A stretch of 64,000 bases of DNA from assembly GCA_041649175.1 (NCBI GenBank), contig JBAZNR010000002.1:193766-257765 (forward strand). The letters are read 5' to 3'. The notes under the pieces are model-generated. The model was given only the letters and a program-made list of their open reading frames with translations. It made no database searches and was not told the origin of the DNA. This DNA comes from Candidatus Omnitrophota bacterium (GTDB lineage: Bacteria > Omnitrophota > Gorgyraeia > Zapsychrales > JBAZNR01). This document shows, piece by piece, positions 17,666 through 27,771 of the stretch (position 1 is its first letter; each line of letters begins with the position of its first letter). The translations under genes were made by a program, and so were the position numbers.

Positions 17666-18133
17666 ATGTTTAAGATCAACCGAAAAGTCGAATACGCGCT
17701 TATCTCGCTACGCTACATCAACCACGCTCCCAAAGGGCAATTAGTTTCAGCAAAAGAAATCTGCGAAGCTTACAAAACACCGTTTGATCCCACATCGCGC
17801 GTTTTACAGATCATGGCGCAAAACGGAATTTTAAAAGCTGAACACGGCGCTTACGGCGGCTACCAGATCATTAAAAACCTTTCTAAAGTCACGTTTTCAC
17901 AACTGTCTGAAATGATCGTCGGGCCCATCCAGATCGCGAATTGTTTTCATGGAAACTACGCCCATTGCGACTTGGCGTCCTGCTGCAACATCATCGGGCC
18001 AATGCTTAACCTCAATGAACGAATGAGCAAGCTTTTTCGAATGATCACCATTGAAGAGCTGATCGGAGCAAAGCATCAAAATGCGCAAACCGTAAAAGCA
18101 AAGAGTCGCACTAACAGCGCTATCACCAAGTAA
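17666..18133 (+). CDS. Rrf2-family transcriptional regulator (IscR/SufR-like) with Cys ligands
   Basis: Start reassigned to ATG 17666, with an AAGGAG RBS. MFKINRKVEYALISL is a winged-helix N-terminus, and CFHGNYAHCDLASCC supplies Cys/His Fe-S ligands. It heads sufBCDSU. Confidence 0.7.
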   Translation: MFKINRKVEYALISLRYINHAPKGQLVSAKEICEAYKTPFDPTSRVLQIMAQNGILKAEHGAYGGYQIIKNLSKVTFSQLSEMIVGPIQIANCFHGNYAHCDLASCCNIIGPMLNLNERMSKLFRMITIEELIGAKHQNAQTVKAKSRTNSAITK

Positions 18134-18154
18134 AAATAAAAGTGACGGAATAAA

Positions 18155-19594
18155 ATGTCTAAAATATTAGATGAAAAATTAAATAGCGATTATAAATACG
18201 GATTTATCACCGATATCGAATCGGACACAATTCCTAAAGGGCTGAGTGAAGATGTCGTGCGCATGATCTCGCAAAAAAAGAACGAGCCTGCCTTCATGCT
18301 CGAGTGGCGCCTTAAGGCCTACCGGCATTGGACAACCATGACAGAGCCGCATTGGCCTAATTTTCACTATCCGCCCATTAATTATCAAGACGCGACCTAT
18401 TATTCGGCGCCGAAGAAAAATAAAGATAAGTTAAAAAGCTTAGATGAGGTTGACCAAGAGCTCGTTAAGACATTTGAAAAACTTGGAATTCCTTTAAGCG
18501 AACAAAAACGCCTTTCAGGAGTAGCCGTTGACGCCGTTTTTGACAGTGTTTCGGTGGCGACAACCCACAAAGATATTCTCGCCAAAGAGGGTGTTATCTT
18601 TTGCTCTATGTCTGAGGCTATTTCAAACCATCCGGATTTAGTAAAGAAATATTTGGGTTCGGTCGTCCCGTATACGGATAATTTCTTTGCCGCTTTAAAT
18701 GCCGCGGTGTTTAGCGATGGTTCATTTTGCTATATCCCGAAAGGCGTCAAATGTCCGCTTGAGCTTTCAACATATTTTCGAATTAATGCCGCTGAATCAG
18801 GGCAATTCGAACGAACGCTTATTGTGGCCGAAGATAATAGTTATGTCAGCTATTTAGAAGGATGTACCGCGCCTATTCGCGACACCAACCAACTTCATGC
18901 GGCCGTTGTGGAATTGGTCACATTGGATAATGCGGAAATCAAATATTCTACGGTGCAAAACTGGTATTCCGGCGACAAAGAAGGCAAGGGCGGTATTTAT
19001 AACTTTGTGACCAAACGCGGACACTGCATCGGAAAGAATTCAAAGATCTCTTGGACCCAGGTTGAGGCAGGGGCCGCCATCACCTGGAAATATCCGAGCG
19101 TTATTTTGCAAGGCGACGGTTCAATAGGGAAATTTTATTCGGTCGCCTTGACCAATAATCGTATGCAGGCCGACACCGGAACCAAGATGATCCATATTGG
19201 AAAAAATACCAAAAGCACCATTATCTCAAAGGGAATTTCCAGTGATTATTCAAACAATAATTACCGCGGGCTCGTAAAAATATCTCCGCAGGCATCCGGC
19301 GCGCGTAATTTTTCTCAGTGCGATTCCATGCTGATCGGAAATAACTGCAGCGCGAATACATTTCCTTATATTGAAGTGAGGAACAACACGGCAACGCTAG
19401 AGCATGAGGCATCGACCTCAAAGATCAATGCCGAGCAGATTTTTTATCTAAAATCACGCGGCCTTGATGCCGAGGGAGCCGTTTCTCTGATCATCAATGG
19501 CTTTTGCAAAGAAGTTTTTAAAGAACTGCCTCTGGAGTTTTCCGTTGAAGCGGTAAAGCTTTTAGAGCTTAAACTTGAAGGCAGTGTGGGATAA
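18155..19594 (+). CDS. sufB: Fe-S cluster assembly protein SufB
   Basis: 479 aa; the conserved SufB core fits E. coli SufB. Confidence 0.95.
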   Translation: MSKILDEKLNSDYKYGFITDIESDTIPKGLSEDVVRMISQKKNEPAFMLEWRLKAYRHWTTMTEPHWPNFHYPPINYQDATYYSAPKKNKDKLKSLDEVDQELVKTFEKLGIPLSEQKRLSGVAVDAVFDSVSVATTHKDILAKEGVIFCSMSEAISNHPDLVKKYLGSVVPYTDNFFAALNAAVFSDGSFCYIPKGVKCPLELSTYFRINAAESGQFERTLIVAEDNSYVSYLEGCTAPIRDTNQLHAAVVELVTLDNAEIKYSTVQNWYSGDKEGKGGIYNFVTKRGHCIGKNSKISWTQVEAGAAITWKYPSVILQGDGSIGKFYSVALTNNRMQADTGTKMIHIGKNTKSTIISKGISSDYSNNNYRGLVKISPQASGARNFSQCDSMLIGNNCSANTFPYIEVRNNTATLEHEASTSKINAEQIFYLKSRGLDAEGAVSLIINGFCKEVFKELPLEFSVEAVKLLELKLEGSVG

Positions 19595-19622
19595 TCACAC
19601 GAACAATAAATAAAAAGGATGG

Positions 19623-20381
19623 ATGAGAGCAATGTTAGATATTAAAGATTTACATGTTTCGGTCAATGAAACACCGATCCTCAAAGGATTAAACCTAAAA
19701 GTTAATCCGGGGGAGATCCATGCCATTATGGGGCCCAATGGTTCCGGAAAAAGCACTTTAGCCAAGATCATCGCGGGGCATCCGGAATACAAGGTCACCA
19801 AAGGACGGATGGATTACGAAGTGAACTTGAAGAAGATCAACCTCGCAGAGCTTGAACCGGAAGAACGCGCCAAAGAAGGAATTTTCCTGGCGTTTCAATA
19901 TCCCGTAGAGATTCCCGGCGTATCGGGATCTGTTTTTTTACGCGCCGCGTTCAATGAGATCTGCAAGCACCAAGGCGTCGATGAAATGGACCCGTTGGAG
20001 TTTGATGAATTTCTTCGCGAAAAAATGAAACTTTTAGAAATGAACGAAAAGTTCATCGACCGTCCGGTCAATGTGGATTTTTCCGGCGGCGAGAAAAAGC
20101 GTAATGAGATATTACAAATGGCAATTTTGTCTCCGCGATTAGCCGTCCTTGACGAAACCGACTCAGGCCTTGATATCGATTCCATGCGCATTGTCGCTGA
20201 CGGTGTCAATAAACTGAAAAATAAAAACATGGGGATCATTGTCATTACCCATTATCAACGCCTTTTGAATTATATTATCCCGGATTTTGTCCACATTCTT
20301 TACGACGGGCGCATTGTTAAATCTGAAGGAAAAGAACTCGCGCTTAAGGTTGAAGAACGAGGGTACGACTGGATCACCTAA
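19623..20381 (+). CDS. sufC: Fe-S cluster assembly ATPase SufC
   Basis: Walker A GPNGSGKST, an ABC signature, and a Q-loop; 252 aa. Confidence 0.95.
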   Translation: MRAMLDIKDLHVSVNETPILKGLNLKVNPGEIHAIMGPNGSGKSTLAKIIAGHPEYKVTKGRMDYEVNLKKINLAELEPEERAKEGIFLAFQYPVEIPGVSGSVFLRAAFNEICKHQGVDEMDPLEFDEFLREKMKLLEMNEKFIDRPVNVDFSGGEKKRNEILQMAILSPRLAVLDETDSGLDIDSMRIVADGVNKLKNKNMGIIVITHYQRLLNYIIPDFVHILYDGRIVKSEGKELALKVEERGYDWIT

Positions 20382-21694
20382 TGAAAACGCCCGAATTAAA
20401 CTCTATGAATTTTCTTCCGGAAGCAAAAGATTTTGAGCAGTCATCTGCTAACAATCTTGCCTGGCTTAGTCCGTTACGCCAAAACGCCGCAAAGCATTTT
20501 TTGGAGCTGGGAATTCCAACGATAAAAAATGAAGAGTGGAAATATACCGATACCCGCGGCATCTTAGAAAGGAAATTTTATTTTCCGAAAGAAAGCCAGC
20601 TGCAAAACAAGGAATTGTTACAACGCCATTTAAATCCCCAGGACATTAATATTGTTTTTGTGAACGGACATTTTTCCTCCGAATTATCGGAGACAAAAGA
20701 CCTGCCTAAGGGAATTAGTATTGTTAATATCGGCAATATAGCCGCTCAAAAAGACCAAGACCTAGCTTCTTTGATCAATAAATATGATCTTCGCCAAGAC
20801 GACGCATTTTGCGCGTTAAATAATGCTTTTTTAAAAGACGGCACCTTTATTAAAGTCAGTGAGAATGTTATCGAAGGAAGGCTCATCCACATCATCCATT
20901 TGACTGATACGCTCTCTAAAGATTCGGTGATTTTCCCTCGCACACTTATCCTTGCCGGAAAATCAAGCGAAACCAAGATCATCGAGACCTATGCTTCCTC
21001 TTCCGAGAAAAGCTATTTAACCGGAGCTGTTTCAGACGTGTTCTTAGCGGCGAACGCCAAATTGCATCACTACAAGATCCAAAGCGAAGGGAAGAATGCT
21101 TTTCATATCGGGGCAACCCGCGCTTTTCAAGAACGCGACAGCCACTTTGAATCTTTTTCTTTATCGGTCGGCGGAAAATTAGTACGCAATAATCTTTCCA
21201 TTGTCTTAAATGGCGAAGGCGCCGATGCCGTCCTTAACGGCCTTTATTCCGTAACTGACCATCAACACATTGATAATCACACATCAGTCGATCATCGTCC
21301 ACCAAATTGCACCAGTAATCAACTTTATAAAGGTATTTTAGACGGCCATGCCCGCGCTGTTTTTAACGGAAAGATCTTTGTGCGCCGAGAAGCGCAAAAA
21401 ACAAACTCCTACCAACTTAATAAAAATCTTCTCTTGGGCGCGGGATGCCAAGTTGACACAAAGCCGCAGCTAGAAATATTTGCCGACGATGTCAAGTGTA
21501 CACACGGAGCCACTATCGGACAGCTCGATGAAGACGAACTTTTTTATCTTGAAACACGCGCCATCCCAAAAAAATTAGCAACAAAAATGCTTTCCAGGGG
21601 CTTTGTTAATGATATCTTAGATAGAGTGGAATCTTCGGATGTCAAAGGCCGGTTGGACAGCGTCTTGACATCCGCATCAACAATCTTACAGTGA
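20381..21694 (+). CDS. sufD: Fe-S cluster assembly protein SufD
   Basis: 437-aa SufB/SufD-family paralog immediately after sufC. Confidence 0.85.
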   Translation: MKTPELNSMNFLPEAKDFEQSSANNLAWLSPLRQNAAKHFLELGIPTIKNEEWKYTDTRGILERKFYFPKESQLQNKELLQRHLNPQDINIVFVNGHFSSELSETKDLPKGISIVNIGNIAAQKDQDLASLINKYDLRQDDAFCALNNAFLKDGTFIKVSENVIEGRLIHIIHLTDTLSKDSVIFPRTLILAGKSSETKIIETYASSSEKSYLTGAVSDVFLAANAKLHHYKIQSEGKNAFHIGATRAFQERDSHFESFSLSVGGKLVRNNLSIVLNGEGADAVLNGLYSVTDHQHIDNHTSVDHRPPNCTSNQLYKGILDGHARAVFNGKIFVRREAQKTNSYQLNKNLLLGAGCQVDTKPQLEIFADDVKCTHGATIGQLDEDELFYLETRAIPKKLATKMLSRGFVNDILDRVESSDVKGRLDSVLTSASTILQ

Positions 21695-21703
21695 GCGCAT
21701 CCG

Positions 21704-22933
21704 ATGCTTACGCATTTTGACGTAAACCAAATACGCAAAGATTTTCCTATTCTCAGCCGTAAAGTCCACGGAAAACCTTTGGTCTACTTTGATAATGCCG
21801 CTACAACCCTAAAACCGCAAAGGGTTATTGATGCCCTCACGCATCACTATGTAGCCGAAACTTCCAATGTTCATCGCGGTGTTCATCACTTAAGCGAGCT
21901 AGCCACGGCCGCATTTCAAGGATCACGCCAAAAAATCAAGAACTTCCTTAATGCTTCAAAGGCTTCCGAGATAATTTTTACCCGAGGAACGACGGATTCC
22001 ATCAATCTCGTTTCCCAAAGCTATGGAAAAAAATTCCTTAAAAAAGGCGATGAGATCATCCTTTCGCACATGGAACATCATTCCAACATTGTTCCGTGGC
22101 AAATTCTTTGCGAAGAGAAGGGGTGTTCTTTAAAAATAATTCCTATTGATGATACCGGCACTTTGATCCTTCCGGAATTTGAAAAATTGATCAATGAACG
22201 CACCAAATTTATTTCCATTGTTTACGCGTCAAATTCTTTAGGAACGATCAATCCGGTCAAAAAAATCATTGCGACGGCAAAAAAACACAATATCCCGGTC
22301 CTCATTGACGCGGCGCAAGCCGTCAGCCATATGAAAATAGATGTCCAAGACCTTGATTGTGATTTTTTGGCATTTTCAGGGCATAAGTTGTTTGGCCCAA
22401 CGGGAGTCGGCGTTCTTTACGGAAAAGAGAGGCTTCTTGACGAAATGCCACCGGTCCAAGGCGGCGGAGATATGATCGCCTCCGTAACATTTGAAAAAAC
22501 AACCTACAATGCCTTGCCTTATAAATTTGAAGCAGGAACTCCTCATATTGCCGGCGTTATCGGTTTAGGCGCGGCGGTCGATTATCTCCAATCTTTGGGA
22601 ATTGAGAAAACATCCGTCCAGGAACAAGACCTGCTTAACTACGGGACAAAAGCTCTTTTAACGATCCCCGGTCTTCGTTTGATCGGAACTGCTAAAGAAA
22701 AAGTTTCTGTGCTTTCATTTGTTTTAAACAATATTCATCCGCACGATCTTGGAACTTTGATCGACGAAGAGGGAATTGCCATTCGTACCGGACATCACTG
22801 CACCATGCCTTTGATGCAGCGGTTTAACGTACCCGCCACAGCCCGGGCATCGCTTTCGTTTTATAATACAACCGAAGAGATCGATAAACTTGTTTCCGCT
22901 ATTCATAAAGCAAAGGAAGTTTTTCATGAGTGA
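21704..22933 (+). CDS. sufS: cysteine desulfurase SufS
   Basis: Class-V aminotransferase with a PLP lysine region (SGHKL) and the active-site loop RTGHHC. Confidence 0.9.
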   Translation: MLTHFDVNQIRKDFPILSRKVHGKPLVYFDNAATTLKPQRVIDALTHHYVAETSNVHRGVHHLSELATAAFQGSRQKIKNFLNASKASEIIFTRGTTDSINLVSQSYGKKFLKKGDEIILSHMEHHSNIVPWQILCEEKGCSLKIIPIDDTGTLILPEFEKLINERTKFISIVYASNSLGTINPVKKIIATAKKHNIPVLIDAAQAVSHMKIDVQDLDCDFLAFSGHKLFGPTGVGVLYGKERLLDEMPPVQGGGDMIASVTFEKTTYNALPYKFEAGTPHIAGVIGLGAAVDYLQSLGIEKTSVQEQDLLNYGTKALLTIPGLRLIGTAKEKVSVLSFVLNNIHPHDLGTLIDEEGIAIRTGHHCTMPLMQRFNVPATARASLSFYNTTEEIDKLVSAIHKAKEVFHE

Positions 22934-23387
22934 TGCCGCGCGCCACGAACTTTACCAGCAAGTCATCTTGGAACATAATAAAAATCCGCGTAATTTTAAA
23001 AAGCTGGAAAACCCAACGCATTTTGCCGAAGGATATAATCCGCTTTGCGGCGATCATTTGATGGTTTACATGAAGATTAATTCAGGCAATATTATCGAGG
23101 ATGTTTCTTTTGAAGGATCAGGCTGTGCTATCTCAAAGGCATCCGCATCCATGATGACAGCCAGCTTGAAGGGCAAGACAGCCGATGAGGCTAAAAAGAC
23201 CTTTGCGGAATTCCATAAGCTTGTCACGGGAGAACTAAACCCAACAAAAGACCCGAACACTCTCGGAAAACTTTCTATATTTTCCGGAATATGGCAATAT
23301 CCATCACGCGTTAAATGCGCTGTTCTTTCCTGGCATACAATGAACGGTGCTTTAAATAAGATCCAAACTGTCTCTACGGAAAAATGA
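22926..23387 (+). CDS. sufU: SUF system sulfur acceptor/scaffold SufU (IscU-like)
   Basis: Start reassigned to ATG 22926, overlapping the sufS stop. NPLCGD and GSGCAIS are IscU/SufU motifs. Confidence 0.85.
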   Translation: MSDAARHELYQQVILEHNKNPRNFKKLENPTHFAEGYNPLCGDHLMVYMKINSGNIIEDVSFEGSGCAISKASASMMTASLKGKTADEAKKTFAEFHKLVTGELNPTKDPNTLGKLSIFSGIWQYPSRVKCAVLSWHTMNGALNKIQTVSTEK

Positions 23388-24496
23388 ACGCTTCCCACAG
23401 CCCTCATTATTCAACGCTGACTGATGCGGTCGATGGATTAGGTACGATACCTTCTATCGCTGATCCGGCCATTTTTAAAAACGCTACCGTCGATCAACAT
23501 CGCCGCCCACTAAATGATCTGCGGATTTCTGTTATCGACCGCTGCAATTTTCGCTGTCCTTACTGTATGCCCGGCGAAGAAGGCGGGCACCAGTATCATT
23601 TTCTTAAAAAAGAAGAGTGGCTAACATTTGAGGAGATAAGGAAATTAACGCAAGTTTTCGTTAATTTAGGTGTTTCTAAGGTGCGCATTACCGGTGGCGA
23701 ACCGCTTTTACGGGAAAACCTTCCCAGCCTTATTGAGAAAATTCGAAGTATTAAAGGTGTTTCTGATCTAGCGCTGACAACAAACGGTATTTTTCTTAAA
23801 AACCACGCGAAATCTTTACGCGATGCCGGACTCTCGCGAATTACCATAAGTCTTGATACGCTGGACGAGAATACCTTTCGTGTCATGAGCGGCGGTAAAG
23901 GCGAGTTAACCCAAGTTTTGGAAGGCATTACGGCCGCGCAACAATGCGGTTTTGGAAATTTAAAAATTAATGCCGTCATCCAAAGAAACTTGAACGATAA
24001 AAACATCCTGCAATTAGCCGAATATTTTAGAGGAACAAAACACATCATCCGTTTTATAGAATATATGGATGTAGGAAACCAAAACGGCTGGCGCTGTGAC
24101 CTTGTTGTCCCGTCCGCGCAAGTTTTAAAAATAATCGACGAGCGTTTTCCTCTTGAAGCTATGGAACCAAATTATCAGGGAGAAGTTGCCGCGCGTTATC
24201 GATACAAAGACGGGCAGGGAGAAATTGGATTCATCTCGTCAATTACGCAGCCTTTTTGTGGAACATGCACGCGCGCACGGCTATCGACCGATGGAAAATT
24301 TTATACATGCCTTTTCGCCGGTTCCGGGTTAGACCTGCGTTCACAGCTGCGCCGCGGCGCGACAGAACAAGAATTGCTGCAAGCAATTAGTAATACTTGG
24401 AAAAATCGTAGTGACCGCTATTCCGAAGAACGCTTTACACTCTCCCAAAAAAATTTCCATTCTAAGAAAGTTGAAATGTACCAAATAGGCGGGTAA
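23384..24496 (+). CDS. moaA: GTP 3',8-cyclase MoaA
   Basis: Radical SAM CNFRCPYCMP, and a second C-terminal Fe-S cluster (CGTCTRAR). It has an N-terminal extension of about 40 aa over typical MoaA. Confidence 0.9.
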   Translation: MNASHSPHYSTLTDAVDGLGTIPSIADPAIFKNATVDQHRRPLNDLRISVIDRCNFRCPYCMPGEEGGHQYHFLKKEEWLTFEEIRKLTQVFVNLGVSKVRITGGEPLLRENLPSLIEKIRSIKGVSDLALTTNGIFLKNHAKSLRDAGLSRITISLDTLDENTFRVMSGGKGELTQVLEGITAAQQCGFGNLKINAVIQRNLNDKNILQLAEYFRGTKHIIRFIEYMDVGNQNGWRCDLVVPSAQVLKIIDERFPLEAMEPNYQGEVAARYRYKDGQGEIGFISSITQPFCGTCTRARLSTDGKFYTCLFAGSGLDLRSQLRRGATEQELLQAISNTWKNRSDRYSEERFTLSQKNFHSKKVEMYQIGG

Positions 24497-25459
24497 TTAC
24501 TTAATTATCTGGCAGGATCCATCTAAGCAGCCGCTAAATTCTCCCACAAGTCGAACTTCTCGTGTTAAAGAAAATCCAAATTGTTTTTGAACAACCTCGG
24601 CCATCTTTCTTGATAGATCATAAACATTTTGAGACGTGCATCCCGACGATTTAACAATAATATTGGCGTGCTTTTCATAAACAACAGCACCGCCGACTTT
24701 CATTTCCTTTGCGCCGGCTTGCTCCAAAAACCAACCCGCGGCTTGACGACGGCCGGCCGCTGATGTTGGCTCAATATTTTTAAAAAAGCTTCCGGCGCAC
24801 GGATAGTGCATCAAATCAGGATGTTTTTCATGGCGGATCTTAAGGATTTCTTGCCGCTCAGATAATAACTTTTCTTTATCACCACGGATAAGTTTAAAAC
24901 ATGCCGACAAAACAATTTTATTGGCTTCCTTAAGATTTGAATGTCGGTATTGGAAATCCAGAGAAGAAGGGAAAACGGTTTGTTTAATTCCACCCTCATC
25001 TAAGAGCTCGATGGATTCTAGGCAATCACTTATTTGTTTTCCAAAGGCACCCGCATTGCCGACAATCGCACCGCCAACCGTTCCGGGAATTCCGGTCGTG
25101 CAGTTTAATCCTTCCAGGGAATGTTGCGCGGCAAAAAGCGCCAGGTCGTCCAAAAGCGTACTTGACGAAACAAGGATTTTCTCTCCCGAAAGCTCGATCA
25201 GTGGTTTTTCGCTTACAAAACGAACCACAACGCAATCTAATCCGGAGTCGGAAACAAGTAAATTAGAACCACTGCCGATAAGGATAAACTTCAGTTTTCT
25301 ATTCAGAAGTTCACGAATTGTTTGCTCAAGCTGTTGAGGTGTTTGGCAAGAAACAAGACAGGGGCAAGGGCCGCCAAGCTGAAACGTGGTGAATTTTTCT
25401 AAGCGAACGTTAGCGGCAACTTCACAGCCAGCCTTTTCTAAAAACTTATAATCATTCAT
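24497..25459 (-). CDS. murB: UDP-N-acetylenolpyruvoylglucosamine reductase MurB
   Basis: An FAD-binding domain (GSGSNLLVSD) and a MurB C-terminal domain; 320 aa. Confidence 0.9.
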   Translation of the reverse strand: MNDYKFLEKAGCEVAANVRLEKFTTFQLGGPCPCLVSCQTPQQLEQTIRELLNRKLKFILIGSGSNLLVSDSGLDCVVVRFVSEKPLIELSGEKILVSSSTLLDDLALFAAQHSLEGLNCTTGIPGTVGGAIVGNAGAFGKQISDCLESIELLDEGGIKQTVFPSSLDFQYRHSNLKEANKIVLSACFKLIRGDKEKLLSERQEILKIRHEKHPDLMHYPCAGSFFKNIEPTSAAGRRQAAGWFLEQAGAKEMKVGGAVVYEKHANIIVKSSGCTSQNVYDLSRKMAEVVQKQFGFSLTREVRLVGEFSGCLDGSCQIIK

Positions 25460-25991
25460 TATCTTTAACCAAAAGAGATTTAGGTTCCTCGCGGCGCGCT
25501 AACAAATACAGATAATCCGAAAGGCGGTTGAACCAGATAAGCAAAACTTTATTTTGAATGGTTTTATTCTTTAAAAGCGTAACTATTTTTCGCTCGCATC
25601 GACGGGAAACCGCACGAGCATAATCAAGATAGGCCGCTGAAAGAGTACTTGCGGGAACAATAAACCCTTTTGGAATCTTTGTTTTAGCTTCTAGGCAGGA
25701 ACGCTTTTCATCTAATACGCTTAACATGCGCTCATCTAAACGCTGTGGCAAACGGGAAAGTTTCTTTGCGGTCGTCGCCAGCTCTGACGCCGCGACAAAG
25801 AGGCTTTTTTGAATATATAAAATATCTTTTTTTGCTTCTTTATTTTTTACATAATTCCGGGCGATGCCTAACAGGGAAACTAATTCATCAATATCGCCAT
25901 ACGCGTCCAATCGAGGAGAATTTTTCAAGACCTTTTCTCCGGAAAAAAGCCTGCTAAAGCCTTCATCGCCTTGTTTCGTTGTAATGCTCAT
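25452..25991 (-). CDS. ATP:cob(I)alamin adenosyltransferase, PduO-type
   Basis: Start reassigned to MSITTKQGDEG... The motifs TKxGDxGxS and RLDAYGDIDEL are typical of PduO-type ATR. Confidence 0.75.
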   Translation of the reverse strand: MSITTKQGDEGFSRLFSGEKVLKNSPRLDAYGDIDELVSLLGIARNYVKNKEAKKDILYIQKSLFVAASELATTAKKLSRLPQRLDERMLSVLDEKRSCLEAKTKIPKGFIVPASTLSAAYLDYARAVSRRCERKIVTLLKNKTIQNKVLLIWFNRLSDYLYLLARREEPKSLLVKDNE

Positions 25992-26380
25992 CAATAGTCG
26001 CTCACGTAAATTTCTTTTTTTAAAATAGGGAGGCGCTTTTTTAATTCTTCGATTACATAACGGCATGCCTTAAACGCTTCATCGCGATGCGCGCTAAGAG
26101 CAGCGATCCAAATCGTTCTATCGCCGACTTTTAAGCGTCCGATACGATGAACGCAGCGCAGCTCATAAACATCAAATTTTTTTTTTGCTTCTTTTAAGAT
26201 CGTTCTGCCAATTCGCAAAGTCCGCGGCCCGGTACTGCGATATTCAAGCCCGGAAATCTTATGGCCCATGCTATTGTTTCGCACAAAACCTTCAAAGGAA
26301 ACCAAAGCGCCGGCCTTAGAAGATTTTGGCGTATTTTTTTGAATGAAGCTCTTTAAAGATTTTCCTGAAATGGCGAACAT
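25991..26380 (-). CDS. moaE: molybdopterin synthase catalytic subunit MoaE
   Basis: LVSFEGFVRN...SAHRDEAFKACRYVIEELKKRLPILKKE is collinear with E. coli MoaE, including the IWKKE-like C-terminus. It shares an ATGA overlap with the ATR gene. Confidence 0.8.
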   Translation of the reverse strand: MFAISGKSLKSFIQKNTPKSSKAGALVSFEGFVRNNSMGHKISGLEYRSTGPRTLRIGRTILKEAKKKFDVYELRCVHRIGRLKVGDRTIWIAALSAHRDEAFKACRYVIEELKKRLPILKKEIYVSDY

Positions 26381-26385
26381 GAGAA

Positions 26386-26640
26386 CTAATATTTCAATTT
26401 AACGGTACCGCTTTTAATAGAACACTGGCAAGAGAGGCGATTATCGCGATCCATCCCGAGATCTAATTCCTCTTGGTTCAATTCGCTTAAATTTTCCGCG
26501 CCTTCCAAAACTTTCACCTGACACGTCGCGCAAACTCCGGAATTACAGCTAAAGGGAATTCCTGATTTCTCGCAAACTTCCGCAATTGACGATCCGTCGG
26601 GAATTTCATGTTCAGCATTATCGATGATCAATTTAGCCAT
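26386..26640 (-). CDS. 2Fe-2S ferredoxin-like small protein
   Basis: 84 aa with a CNSGVCATC...C.C cysteine pattern. Confidence 0.6.
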   Translation of the reverse strand: MAKLIIDNAEHEIPDGSSIAEVCEKSGIPFSCNSGVCATCQVKVLEGAENLSELNQEELDLGMDRDNRLSCQCSIKSGTVKLKY

Positions 26641-26660
26641 TTTAGATCTTGCCTTTACCC

Positions 26661-27581
26661 TTAAATTTTTGGAAGCGCGAACGCGATATTCTTTTCCGGA
26701 TTCTCAAATTCATGAACAACCGTTTTGGGATATTTATTTTTTATCCGACTGATCAATTCATCAACGATCAAGCGAGGAACGGATGCGCCGGAACTGATCC
26801 CGATCTTTCTTTGCCCGGATAAGATATTTAAGTCTAATTCATTGGCATTGTCAATAATAAAACTCTGGCATCCGGCCTTTTCTCCGGTCTCGCGCAAACG
26901 ATTGCTATTCGAACTATTAGGTGAGCCGCAAATGATGATCAAATCGCAGATCTTAGCTAATTCTTTAACCGCATCTTGACGGTTTTGCGTGGCATAACAA
27001 AGGTCAGAACGCGGCGGGCCGATCAAATTGGGGAATTTTTGCCGAAGTTTTGCGATCATCACCTCCGTATCATCAACGGAAAGGGTTGTTTGGGTAATGT
27101 AGGCAACTTCCTTGTTAGGATCAATTTTAAGATTATCAATATCATGTTCATTTTCGACAACGTGCAATAATTTCGGGTTAACATGCCCGGATGTTCCGAT
27201 CAGCTCTTGGTGGCCGCGGTGGCCGATCAAAACGGTTTCATAATTCAGCTGTGAAAATTTAACCGCCTCATGATGAACCTTTGTCACCAGCGGACAGGTG
27301 GCATCAACAAAATTTAAACCGCGCGCTTTGGCTTTTTGAACAACGCTCGGAGGAACACCGTGCGCGCTAAAGATGATCCTGGCTCCTTGCGGAACACTAT
27401 CAATATCTTCCACAAAAATAACACCTTTTCCACGAAAACTTTCCACGACATAAGTATTGTGAACGATTTCGTGATAAACATAGAGGGGGGCGCCGTATTT
27501 TTGCAAAGCTTCCTCTACAATATCTATCGCAAAAGATACCCCCGCGCAAAACCCTTGTGTTTTCGCTAAAAATATTTCCAC
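26661..27581 (-). CDS. ispH: 4-hydroxy-3-methylbut-2-enyl diphosphate reductase IspH
   Basis: MEIFLAKTQGFCAGV is the IspH N-terminal motif, and the three Cys of the 4Fe-4S site are present. Confidence 0.95.
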   Translation of the reverse strand: MEIFLAKTQGFCAGVSFAIDIVEEALQKYGAPLYVYHEIVHNTYVVESFRGKGVIFVEDIDSVPQGARIIFSAHGVPPSVVQKAKARGLNFVDATCPLVTKVHHEAVKFSQLNYETVLIGHRGHQELIGTSGHVNPKLLHVVENEHDIDNLKIDPNKEVAYITQTTLSVDDTEVMIAKLRQKFPNLIGPPRSDLCYATQNRQDAVKELAKICDLIIICGSPNSSNSNRLRETGEKAGCQSFIIDNANELDLNILSGQRKIGISSGASVPRLIVDELISRIKNKYPKTVVHEFENPEKNIAFALPKI

Positions 27582-27679
27582 GTTTGAAGCCTTCCTTAAA
27601 ATATAACTGTAGAAGAGGCGAAAACGCCCCGAGCTTTGCCTCTTAAAAGCGAGGGGTTGCCTCTGTTGAAATTATTAGA

Positions 27680-27708
27680 TTGAATTGACCGACCTTGTCG
27701 ACTATAAT
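27680..27708 (+). promoter_or_regulatory. sigma70-like promoter for ispG (divergent from ispH)
   Basis: TTGAAT at 27680-27685, a 17-nt spacer, and TATAAT at 27703-27708. Confidence 0.5.
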
Positions 27709-27771
27709 TGGTGCTAATTATATCACGCGTTCAAATCTTATTGAAGGCAATTTTTAGCGGATTTAATAAAA

